DNA of 62,305 nucleotides, counting the filler, from Platydemus manokwari (lineage: Eukaryota), in assembly GCA_037951405.1 (NCBI GenBank). It is 5 parts of 5 records of this genome, joined end to end, with 100 filler letters (N's around TTAATTAATTAA, not from the genome) between each part and the next. Parts side by side here need not be neighbours in the genome. Positions count along the whole stretch, not along the records: positions 12,944 to 33,946 come from JBBMOY011466973.1; 4 more parts are not named here. The stretch is one strand, 5' to 3'. Below, one piece after another: positions 12,944 to 28,950 of the stretch. Below the pieces are notes generated by a model. The model did no database searches. It saw nothing but the letters and a program-made list of their open reading frames with translations, and was not told the origin of the DNA. The translations under genes and the position numbers were made by a program. Numbering within the stretch: the first letter of the stretch is position 1; the number at the start of each line of letters is the position of its first letter.

Positions 12944-15900
12944 ATTGCGCGTTATTTATTATTATTATTTTATAGGTATTTTTTATTATAACGAATATTT
13001 TTTTAAGGGTTTTTTTAATAAACATAAATACCATTGTAACTTTATCCTAAATTGATGGCTAAATTATTATTCTATCGACGAATCAAGGAGCCAAATTATA
13101 AAAAAATATTTAAAATACAATGCATTATTATAAAGCTCTATATAAATTTGACAATATACTGAACATTCAACGATTTCAGATTGAGCTTATAGTAGAATTG
13201 TGAGGGTATAATAATAAGAATAATTTTCAAAAATCATTCCATGCCATTATTTTTGTCAGTTCAATGTAATTTAATAGAATATATCATGTTTTCTTTCACA
13301 ATGAACAAATCTCTCTCTAATTTCAAATATTTGAGAAATCATTTGATTATCATTGACAAAATCAGAGACAAGCGCTTTATTCAAATAATAAATTTCGGAG
13401 TGAAATTCCAAATTTAATTTCCATTGTAAAAGCAATTATTTTAATCCATGATAAGAAAAATGTCAGATCAATGATTGGAAATGAGAGAAATTGAAAACCA
13501 AATTAATTTCATCTCATTAAAATGATAATTGTAGAAATAACAATTACAATTCATCATTAATTTCACAACAATAATATTACTGAACCAATAAATAGCACAA
13601 CGTGTTTTTGAACCAATATCAGAACTAACCATTGTTTGATCATTTTCATTGTAAAAAATGATTGATTTTTTGTTTTATTTTTCAATGGCTACAATTTGTT
13701 CTAATCAATGTTGATAATATTAGAATCTCATTTTATTAAATTATTCTTCTAAACTGAATCTATTTGAAAATGATAAACAATTATTGGCTTTATAAATAGC
13801 TGAAACCATTTCAAACACCAAACCATATCATAATAGTAAAATAACTTGCATTTTCTATTAGATCAATTCAGAAAAAAACAATTAAAAATGATTTCAAGAA
13901 ATTAGATAATCAACGTGCACTATTAAGAATTGTTATGTTTCAAATGAGATCAATTTGATATAAATCTCAAATCACTTTCCATTTTTGAATATTGTCAATT
14001 TCTGACGACAATCCGTTTGGTTAACAAAAGATCATTTTTATGATAATCTCCAGTATACTCTCATCACAAAGATTTTAAAAATCACTTTTTGGTTATAATT
14101 GAATTAATTTTAAATCCAAAAAAATTTCACTTTATCTATATGTCAACTCTAAATCGTTATAATATGAAATAATTGATTGAGTGAACAGGAATATTTGATT
14201 CCAAACGAAATTGTGACGATTGTACAGAAATGTAATGATTTTGATATCATAAAATACTCGATGAAAATCTCTATAAATCATTTATTTGTTGACGAAAATT
14301 TTTAAAAATTAATCTAACATATACAATCGATAATATCATTTGATATTTTTATCGAAATTATTAACTATGATTTTAGAAACATTTCTATTCGGTATGTTGT
14401 TCTAAAAATCATATCGATATTTAACAGGTCATTTTATTTCAACTTTATCAATTATTTCTGCCTTATGGAAAACAAAATATTTTTTGAAGGTCTATGAGAT
14501 ATGTTATATAAAGATGAGTTGCAATGTATTTGAAATTATATTTACTAGGACATATAAATAAGATATAAACATAAAACACGAGTAACTTAAAAAACTTATA
14601 GAAAATTGAACATTTTATTAATATTGTGGTTCTTAATAATGATCTTGTAAAAAAATATTTTTCAAATTCTAAACAAGCTAGTCTTCTTTCTAATTTCATG
14701 TTAAATACACGAATTAATTAAAACAAAGAAATCATATTTTCCAAAAATGCCATTCGTTTTAGAATTTAATCATTCACTCTATAAGACTATTAATTAAATC
14801 ATTTACTACCTTTTTGACTGCTTTGTGATCTTAACTACTTAAGCATAAAATCAAAGTAATCCCAACCCAAAATAACACTTATTCGATTTGAATTAAGTTT
14901 GTTTCTTAACATATTATTGGAACTCATTCAATAGTCTGGGTAAATATGAAGAACTTTATTTTCATTTACAATTTAACCTATGAATTACCAACCAAGAATA
15001 CAATCGTAGTTGGTGGAGTATAAAACGAGTCTTGTACGAAACACTCTCGTTTTAAAGCATTCTGATGAAAATAGCTTAATATTTAACAAATCATTTTTGG
15101 TCCAACAACTAAACATGATATTTCTAAACGTGGTGATGAGTGCTTCCCGACTGACTCACTAATATTTATCCAACATGTATCTCACTTATATACTTATATT
15201 CTTTGTAATGTTTGCTACTAATCAACATTGGATAGGATATGGTACCTACTGTCATTTAACATGCATTCATCATCACCTAAAAATTGGCATTAGACACCTA
15301 TTGATAAGAAAGAATAATACAACATAGTTGTACTTAGCAGGAAAATTTATATAATTGACTTAACGAAAATTTTTCAATTTAAGAATGTGACGAGAATAAA
15401 TTACAAAGTCCGTTATATACTTATAAATAATAAAAACTGAAAAAATGTAAATAAAGAGTAATGATAAAGTTAATTAATACAAACATCTATTTAAGTATTT
15501 ATTTATTTTCTCTTGGAAATACATTATATGTAATAGATAATGTGAACCATTTGTACATTACAAAAATAATTCGTCCAAAATATTTTTGGCATATCTCTGT
15601 AATGATAGATTTTCGATCAATAATATTACAAACATTTTGGACATTTTCTTCTTTGCTGACAAATTATAATTATCGAAAAACAATCATGGTAGTCCAATGT
15701 GATAACATGATATATCAATATATTATTAATATAGTACTGATATAAAATGAAAAACTATCATGTGATTCTATCAATGTATGGTTGTTCGTATGCCTTGATT
15801 GAAATGATGAGGTAAATATATAAATATTAGCTCTGCGTCGTCATATCATTATTGGAATTGTATTTTCAATGAAAAATGTATTCGTGTAACTAAAATTCCA

Positions 15901-16878
15901 ATTTAGTAACACATTTGATATTTGTACTACATAAAATATATACGGTAAATAATTTGTGATGTTTTGTTTTTGGAAAAAGATTATCTATTTGTTTAAAAAT
16001 GATCTGAAAAACCATGAAATAAAATTCAATATAGAACACATTGATGAAATTTCAAAAAAAACATCAAATGAAACACGATGAGATATTTAATAATATTAAA
16101 GCAAGATTTATTCACATAATTTGATATTGATTTGAGTTGTGATCTATGTGAAAAACGACACAAATATATGGACCATGGCATATGTAATAAAAACATCGAT
16201 TGTTTCCATCAAAATTTATTGTTTTAAAAATCATACCCATTTTCTCGAATATTTAAATAAATCTCAGATTTATCTTTATATAGTTTAATAAAAATAATAA
16301 TTTTATAATATATTTTATTACATTAATTAATAACCATAATAGAAGAGAAATCATTTCGAAATAATAAATAAATGAATTCCATTATTTCATTATTTAATGA
16401 TTTTTTTTCATCACACAAAAAACCAATTATAATTCTGGTCATACAGAAAAAACAAAATTGAAACCAAATTAATTAACACTCATAATTAATCATCATTCCA
16501 TGATAAATTTCTTAATGACCACCACACCGCAGAACTTTTCAATGAAAACAAATTGATATCATTTTCTTTTCAATCAAACCAATTATTATTATTATTATTA
16601 TTATTATTTCACAAAGATCATTTTTTATTAAAATATCACAAAAACTTTTTAATGTTCAGATATATATATACACATATTTTAAACGTGATAGAGAAATGTT
16701 GTATTTAATGTGTTGATAAAAATAACGTATTAAAAATAATTGCATAAACGAATAGTCAAAGTCGATCATTGATCTATTTTCAACAGATTTTGTGTGTATT
16801 TGTATAAAGAATTTGAAAACATCAATTGGAAAGTAATCGTATCAACAACATTAATGCACACACACATATACAGATTAA

Positions 16879-19092
16879 TTAAAAATGAATATAATTAATC
16901 ATACTATCAGGTGGTTTGTTGATCGCCAACGTTAATTCATGCCAACTTTCTTCGGTGCCAGCTAAATTCATCTTTGCCATTTCTCTTAATCTACATTCTT
17001 CTTTCAATTTTTGTTTTTTACCAGAACCCGGTATTCGACCACGACGCTTTTTGATGATAGGAATATTCGGATCGTTTATTGATGATTCATTCAACGAATC
17101 GTTGTGGATTCGTTTACGTCGAATTTTGCTTTGTTTATCATTCAATTTTTCGGTACTTTCAGTTTTTATGTTTTCAACTTTCTATAAAAGGAAATAAAAC
17201 CATTTAACAATACCAATTATCATTTTTGAAGAAATAAAATATCTTGTAAGAAATTTATTTATTTTATTATATTATCTCCTATACAAAATTACTAGGATTT
17301 GTCATTATTATAATAAACTATTGTTATTATTATTATTGACGTTGCTGGTTGAACCATTGGTGATTTTAGCAGCTAGTTCACAGTTAGAACTATTCTAAAA
17401 CCCTTTCAATCTACATATATTGGATAATATCTCGTATCCATCATTTCATGCACTTCACTCAACTCCGTTATCGGTTGCTACTAATCCATGGTCACTTATT
17501 GCATTGGCACTTTTGTCTCACTTATCAGAATGTCTCATAATTTATTATTATAGAATTTCTAAAACATTTACTCAAAATGCATGTCAATCAACCTAAAAAC
17601 ATAATCGAAATATACCCAATGATTCATAAAATGGTACTGATTATATTCAAAGAATCGCCGATTATTATGAAAACAATTTTCAGTAGACGATGCCGACTCA
17701 AAATTAGGTAGAAAAAATAATAGATTTGTAAAATAATTCTAACCAATGAAAATGTACGATATGAAATTTTTCAAAAGAGTTTCCATCTTATTCAGATAAT
17801 CACAAGCAATAAAATCAATTCAATGGAGTGAAGACCAAAGTGGGGGTGTTGAAATTGGTTTATATTTTTCATATTAAGCTTATATTTAAAAGATATGAAA
17901 TATTTCAAAAAATTATGTATATATGTTTATTTATATAATATTTTATAAATAGATAAGAATATATCTTACGATTTCGAATTTCGGTTCCACTTTAATGTTA
18001 GGACTATTGATTTCGATGTCGGCATTATCACTGCAATTCTCATTGAAATCTAACATGATTCGCTTTTTCAATGGCAAATCATGCTTTGATGGATTAAGGC
18101 GGTTTTTCATACAGATTTTATCCTTATAACAATTAAAGTCAACTTGTGTTGTAGGTGGATTGGTAGTGTTGTTCATTCCATCATTTGAATTAGATGCTGA
18201 CTTGCCACCATCAGCATTTTGAGTCATTGGTGGGGATACGGAAACACTATTATTATTATTATTAACATTGTTATTTTTAGCAACACCATTGCCAGTGGAA
18301 TCTTTTGATTGAAGTTGATTTGTGCTACTTGTCTGTTTTGAATGTGGTTTCGTTGCCGGGCAACTGTTCAGTGATCTTTTGATTAAATTTTCTACCATTT
18401 TATCTGCGGTTTCTTTAATGCTTAATTTGTTATTTTGATTTGCAAAATTTTGTATCACCGGTTTAGCGTTCATTGATGTTGTGAGATTTGATGAAGGACT
18501 TTCACTGTTGCTGGTATCCACATTACTTTCTGGATGATCAAGATCTATTAGAGAACCATAATATTTGTTTTTGTTGGTTTTCTTATTTGACATAATATTA
18601 TTAATCGTTTTCGATAATGCCTCATTTTGATTGTGATAGCCAGATAAAAAATTTTTGTAATTGAAAGCATTATCAATATCGGTATTTAAATTCTTCTTCA
18701 CATCGAGTTTGTTACGCAACGATTTATTAAAATGTTGATTAATCATATCATCATTATTGATGACAATGTTTGAAGCCGAATTAGGCATTAGATATGATAT
18801 TTCTTTAGAGTCTCTCAATATCTGATGAGTATCAATGTTGTTTTGCGATTTAATATTTTGTGAACTTAATTTGGAACTATTATTAGCAATTAATAATTCG
18901 ATGTTCCGCTGAACTATTTCATCGTGGGAATATTTAGAATTATCTGGTGCTTGGCGCACTTGTGAAGATGTCAATATTTTACTATTGATATTTCTCTGCG
19001 ATTGACTTTCTTCAAGTTCTCGTAATTTAAATTGTCTACAAGAAAATCAATGGTTAAAAATCATTAATAAAATTCAATTGAAATTAATTAGA

Positions 19093-19148
<56 letters not shown>

Positions 19149-22100
19149 AGAACCTATAATACATCTACATCAAACTTATAAAAACTATGTATTTGTAATA
19201 GTTCATGTCGTATTAGCTTTTTATCATACTTGATTGTTCATCAAACTGTATTTCAATTGTGAATGTTTCATAATGTTTTACTGATAAAAGTTGGAATTTG
19301 TATATCGTTGACTCCTTGTAAAATAAATATTTAAACATTGCGAATCATCCTTGTTTCGTATTTTAAACGATTTGGTTATCATGAAAATAATTTGACATTG
19401 TAACTGAAATGTATTTTTTTTATCCATTTCAATTCGAAAATATTTCCATCTCTCTACATGTGTTTTCCATGGATTGATTTTCAATTGAATGAAATACCAA
19501 AAAATCATTTGGTGTATTGAATGAAATTATTCAGTTCTTGTGTTTTGAAAATCGTTCGCAGAAAGCCATTATAATGTAGATTGGGCCCACGTGACAAATT
19601 CTTACAGATAGAGAGAGAATGAAGGACACACGTTTCGAAAATTAATCCACAAAATCAACGGTCACGATGAGTAATCGCATATACAAATATTAGAAATTGT
19701 CAATTTAATATCATTCAATATCCAATTTGATATAATCGATAGTTAATTGATTTAACATAAATCTGTTTCTGTTTTTCCCGAATATTTTTCATGTTTCCAT
19801 TAAACAACAGTTACTTACACAAAACCCAGTCATCAAAAATTGAGTATATAATTTTTGCAATCATTGATCGTTTTTATCTCTCAAAACTATTATTTTATTT
19901 CGGTGTTCAAGGCAATAAAAAGTGTTTCTATTTCTAATTACTTCTATCGCATTTAGTATTCATTTGTCATATTCTTCCTACATAATTGCGATAATTTCCA
20001 AATATTAATCTTAGTCGAAGCACTTTCTTATTAATGACTCTATTATTCATGTGACATTGATGACCGAAGATTATTCTTAAATCATTTCATCATCGACGAA
20101 TAATTTTCAATTCAATCCAATTGATTATAAATTTATGATTTTGTATTTTTAATGAACAATAATTATTCAATTCTGTTCAAATATCAATAATTATCGCCAA
20201 CAAGTGGATTTAATTTTTATTAAAGATTTACGACCCAAAAATATTTTTGAAATTATTTTTTTGAAGAACAAATAATGCCGTTAAATTTTTTGATATATGA
20301 AAAATGATGTAATAATTAATATGACTTTTTCTTCCCATTCTAAATGGCATCAAGATTGTTCCCGGTTTTGGAATATTTATTTTAGAGAATTTATCATCAT
20401 AAATCGAACTGTTACACAAATTGCTATTCGTTATTGACCTATATCAATTACCGTATTTTCCGGACTATAAGGCGCATCCTAATTATGAGTTGACTGATTA
20501 ATATATTAAATTAAATTATAAATGTATAGCAAGATTTAATGGTCTTCATCATTTAAAATGTCACATTGGCTTATATTAACATCATTGCCGTCTTTTTTTC
20601 AATATTCCAGCCTTAATAAATCCTAAAAATCTGTTTTAAGATGCACCGCAAAATATGGTGGTTTCAATATTAAAACCGAACCATAAAATCCACAAATCGA
20701 TATTGTTCAAAAGATTACAAGTAAATATGATCTAATATAACACATTCTAATATGAACATCAAATATTAAATTTCATTGTGATTCAGTGATAATTATTCAA
20801 TCCAAGATTGCACTTCCAAAATTAAAATTTATTTCAACATTTTATCGTGTAAAAAATCGAACATCAACTTGAATATTTGAAATGAAAAGTTTTTTTTCAA
20901 TTATTTGGGCCAAAAAATAGTTTCTACCATCCCAAAACTAAATCATCATTTAACTCATTTTTTACACACACACACACGCACACACAAATATGTATATGAT
21001 GTTATGAAATCTTGAAGATGGCTAACAATAATATCTAAGTTGAGAATATTTAATAAAAACCATTGATTTAACATAGAAATGATTCTATAATCATATCATG
21101 TCATTTGGTTAGTAATCATTTATTTTTATTTAATGTTGGCCTTTGATTTACAAGCTAGACTTTATTCACAAAACTATTCATTCAGTCAAGGGTCATTTGA
21201 TGATGAGTTTTAAGCAATATTTTTCACGAATTTCATTTACAAAAGCTCTGATTTAACCGTACAAAGAGAATTAATTGATATTAATTAATGGAACATTAAA
21301 ATAAATTGTGAATTAATTTTTTTTGGAATAAATCGAAAATTTTTGAAAAATATAATCCACATTCTTCAGAGTTGGCAACAAAAACAAAATCAACATTTGA
21401 TTAAATAAAAAAAAATCAATTGATTTATTTAAATCGATCATTTCGAATACCAGATTTTCGTGTCAGCGAAATCTCATGAATCGTAATATTAAAAAAAATA
21501 TATATTAAAAAATGGAATAAATAAATGACAAGTCAGTTGTGTTTCCTCGGAAAACAGTAGCGAACATTATGAATTTTCAATGAGATTTGAAAACATAAAT
21601 ATTATATTCAATATTTGTTTTGATCACAAACACTATATTTGAATAAATAAATAACAATTAAAAAATTATTTCATAACTACGTTTTAATATTTAAAACAAA
21701 ATATCTCATAAATTGAATGATTTGCTTTGTTTCACTTAAATATTATTATCAATATATCAAAGTCTTACCGATTTATTTCTGCAAAACTTTCTGGATTATA
21801 TGATAACTTATCTAAGAGTTTTGTCAGAAGAGGAATTTCAGTAACCTTTGAATTAAGCGGAGTTTTCAACAATAGGGGATTGTTAATTTCACTGTTAGTG
21901 CTTAGATTCAAATTTGATGGTGATGGTGAAAAACTGACAGTCGATTTAATATTATTGTTTAAATTGTTCTGTGGAGATTTAGTTGTCGGTCCAATAACCA
22001 TGAAACCTTGTGAATTAACACCGGATGATGTCCGAGGCGATTGCTTTTGCAAAGCATTAATCAATTGTTGGGCGACATTGGAATCGCTCTGAATTAAGGA

Positions 22101-22826
22101 CAAGTTAGAATTGATTGATGTCGAGTTAATAGGTTTAGAATTCTGTTGAGAATTTAAACGACTAAATGCTTCCAGTATCTGAACATCAACATTACCCATC
22201 GCCAGAACCGTTGCACTTTGACTTTGTGAAGCTACAGGGGAAGAACTAATTGTAATGGCTGATAAACTGTTTGTTGAATTGTTTAATACTAAAGATGGAT
22301 TAGATACACTTTGCTTACAAACGTCTGATATATGATTGTTCGATTGTTTTGCTTTATCGTTTTGAAAAATAAGATTCTGTTGAATTAAATATAGAGCTTG
22401 ACAAAGATTATTTGCTGATTCTTGTGAGCTTGTTGGTATTCTTATCATTTGTGCACGATCTAATAATATTTGCGAATTTTGGTTAACTGGCAACGGAGTT
22501 GGAATTATTGGAATTGATGGCTGATTTGGCCGATTAATTAAATGCATTGGATGACTTTGTGGTTGCTGCATAGCTGCAGCTATTCTTTTAACCACTTCAA
22601 TTTGACTTAAAGTACTAGGATTACTAGAATTTGTAGAATTTAATGGAAAAGAATTATTAATTCTTGTCGGTTGTTGCTGTTGAGTTACAACAAGGTTAGG
22701 ATTATACAAAAAAGCATTTCCACTTACTGAGGCAGGAGGTCGAAATTGTTGATTTCCATTTTGGGTGGATGTTTGGCAATTTATATTTTGTTCAGGAAAT
22801 ATATTTCGGTTATTTTTTGGGAGCAT
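16879..22826 (-). CDS. Three-exon gene for a ~808-aa N/Q/S-rich disordered, probably nuclear protein with an AT-hook-like motif; exons 22826-21769, 19035-17970, 17181-16879
   Basis: GT-AG splice sites join the three ORF-track ORFs in frame (total 2427 nt). Motifs: LLTKLL (LxxLL), HDLPLKKR, IKVE/IKTE (SUMO consensus), KKRRGRIPGSGKKQ (AT-hook-like). Additional 5' exons are not excluded. Confidence 0.8.
19093..19147. repeat. (AAT)n microsatellite in intron
   Basis: Perfect AAT run of about 18 units. Confidence 0.95.
20451..20660. mobile_element. Tc2/pogo-type TIR remnant (non-autonomous DNA transposon fragment)
   Basis: TA-CCGTATTTTCCGGACTATAAGGCGCA resembles Tc2/pogo-family termini; only a degenerate right end (AAAATATGGT ~20650). 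Confidence 0.5.
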
Positions 22827-23583
22827 CAATTTAAAATTTTGAAATAACAATCATTAAATTATAAACAATAGACAAATATAAATAATCAATATGCCTAAAT
22901 TAACTTGCGTACTTTAAATTATATATTTTCGTTGTCTGATTGGCTGTTCAGTGTCAGAGTAAATCTGGCTGTGTGTCATATGCATGCCGCTCTAGATACT
23001 GCTGTAATATACCTAGCTACTGATTCAATTCTGAAATTCAGTAGAAACAAAAGTATGTCGGCTGATATCACGTGATAATCCATCCTGAATAAGCCATAAT
23101 TTCTTGCATGTATGCACTTATTTATGACGCGTCATTAAATAGGGTGAAAATAATCTTTTAACTGAGCATTGATTTTTAATTTTCTGAACAAGTTTGTTGA
23201 TTAGACAAATAAAATTTTCTTGTCCTGTGACCTCACGTAAATAAAATTTATTTTGATAAAATAGTTGTAATAAAATAATTTCTTTATATTTTTATTGAAT
23301 CAATATTTCCATGCGGAATTTTATAGACATTAAAAAGTGTTCTCATTTTAAATGATTTCAATTTAAAATTCAAAAAAACATTATCATAAGTTTTAAATAA
23401 TAATTTTATTTAATAATCTTTGCTAATATTTAAATATACAGTCAAAATTAATTTCTGATTATAAACTAAATATCATTTTTAAATTTCATTTGTTTAAATC
23501 ATAATTTTAAAATAATTCATTTTGAAATGCTTAATATTTGAATATTTGTAATAATAATTTATTTACAATTTTTTAATTAAACT
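22827..23583. promoter_or_regulatory. Putative bidirectional promoter between head-to-head genes
   Basis: 757 bp between divergent ATGs. Contains an inverted CCAAT (CTGATTGGCTG 22936), the palindromic E-box TATCACGTGATA (23066-23077) and the palindromic CRE-like ATGACGCGTCAT (23124-23135). Confidence 0.55.
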
Positions 23584-26665
<3,082 letters not shown>

Positions 26666-27849
26666 TTATTGAAAATATTTTATTTACTAAATTTGTAATA
26701 AATGTTTGTTTTTGTATTTTTTTGAGTTGAACATATTTTGACTTGTTTGTAAATATTTTTCCGAACTCGTGAACACCAGAAACAATCATATAATATTCAA
26801 TATGTTGTCTTGGATTGATAAAATGATCGATTTGCTGTATTCTTGTAAAAATCAATTAAATTTGCCATTGATATTTGTTCGCATTGTATATTTTTTTATG
26901 AATGATTATTTGACTGGATAAATAAATTGGTAATTCTTTTCAACAATGTTTTATTTTGTCAATAATAAGTTGCTGTTAATTTTTAGTGAAACGTTATCAT
27001 TATTATTGCCACCAAATATTTAATATTATTTGAGAAAATATTCATTAGACTTACTACTGTACTGAATCGATCTATAATCGCTACCAAGCATTTCTTATTA
27101 TTAACCACCTCAATAATGACCAAAATAAACTGCTTTATAATCTATGAACAAGTTAAGACTTAGTTAATAAATTTAAAATCACTTCGTCTAACGTTTGGCC
27201 TTACCCGTTTTGAAGTTTTGTTTCTTAATCTTATTTGTCTCAACGTCTTAAATCAATTTCTACATGGTTGTGTATTTCAAAACTCAGGTGTACTGATAAT
27301 GTTTCTTCTACCACCTCTTTCAATCAAGAGTTTCATGACTACCGTAACGGCGTTTATGGAAATGATGATTTAGTCTCAAAAAATTTCACTTTTGTTCGGG
27401 TTATGGCCAAAGCGATATGAAATTGCGTTAAAATTGTATATAACAGACTGATTTGTGTATTAATCAATGTTTCAATTAGCTTATTACTAAAATAAACATT
27501 TCGTTCCTATTTGAATCTTGTTGAATTTCATTTGTCGAGGTTGTGAAAAAATTGCACTTTCATGGAAATTTATTGTAGTTATTATGTTGCAATATGACCA
27601 TAAGGCATAATAATAATAATTCATGACATTTAGTGTACGATAATAAGCAATATTTCATTTTATACATTAAAAGAATTTTTATTGAATATAAAACGTTTTA
27701 CTGAGAAAATATTTGTTTTAAATGTAAAGACTCTTGATTTGTAAGTAAAATCGATGCATATTAAATTACTTCTATATTTGGAACTTGGAGAAAATCAAAA
27801 GAATATAAATTCTAAACACCCACAAATCTAATTACCTTAATTTTATTTC

Positions 27850-28950
27850 CATAAAACCCGAGTATTGCTTAGGACTTCCTATATAACAATAAAATACCAA
27901 AAATATTTAATAAAATTTTCTTGAAAATAAATAATTAATTTTCTTAATAAATTAAATAATTGGTTGATAAATAATAAATAACCCATAATAACCGCAACCA
28001 AAGAACCCAGTATAAATAAGTGTACAAATTTCAAATCGCGTATTATTCCAATCTCTAGCCCAAATTCAGAAACCGCTAAACTAATTGTCACGAAGAAGTC
28101 CATTAACAAGAACATCAAGATTAAAACCAATAAGAAGATTCTCGATTGTTGTCATTTCGAGCGATGTCGGAAAATATCCAATTCGAAGAGTTCGAATAAA
28201 ACTAAAATAAACTATTTTTTATGTATTGTTATCAATCACAAATGATTCCTGCAGATGATTCGATCATATTTGTTCCGATTTAATTCGTCGTTTACCTTTT
28301 CGTTCAAGTTCATCACTATATTTTTTCCTCTAAATTAAAGGGGGTTATACTGGGGTTACACTTTGTGTTCTACAATTATTTGATTATTCTGTTAAAATTA
28401 ACTCATTCACAAAGTAAAATATCACATCATTAACAAAAAATTGAGTTAAAACTAAACAAATATGATAGGTAATCAAATATCAGATTCTAAATGAGTCAAA
28501 TGATTCAGATTGAAAATAGCTATATGGTTATCAAAATAGTGAAATAATTATTATATTTTATTGGGATTTGGATTGCTTTAAAATTCCTCTATTTTTTTTG
28601 CTTTTCTCGGAATTATTTGCTTTTCATTTCCTCTATTTTTTTTGCTTTTCTTTGAATTCTCCTAACCATGCTTTAATTCGCCCCATTGCTTCCTGGTTTC
28701 GTGGGCCTTTATCTCCCGATCAAAACATATATTTAATCGTCGTTTCATATTCTGCAGGTTTTGTTTTGACTTTCCTCTTCCACTGCTCATATGATTTGAC
28801 TATCATTTTTTTTGCTATGGGAGTACAGCACAAACATGTCAATTAAATCTTCATTATTTTAACATTTTTGGATTTGGTTCCCTCCAAAAAATCATTTGTC
28901 ATTTATGTCAATTATTAAACTTTAAGATGTCATCCAAGCAGTAAAAATCA
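27850..28950 (-). mobile_element. Possible LTR-derived remnant related to the 44.0-45.5 kb LTR region
   Basis: The minus strand reads FVLYSHS...(frameshift) IVKSYEQWKRKVKTKP, resembling LVLYSDS...IKSYSEWRKELPQKP at 44.25-44.35 kb. Boundaries are approximate. Confidence 0.35.

Noticed and set aside
21727-22092. Plus-strand 121-aa ORF (and 16916-17197)
   Set aside because: Antisense to real exons.
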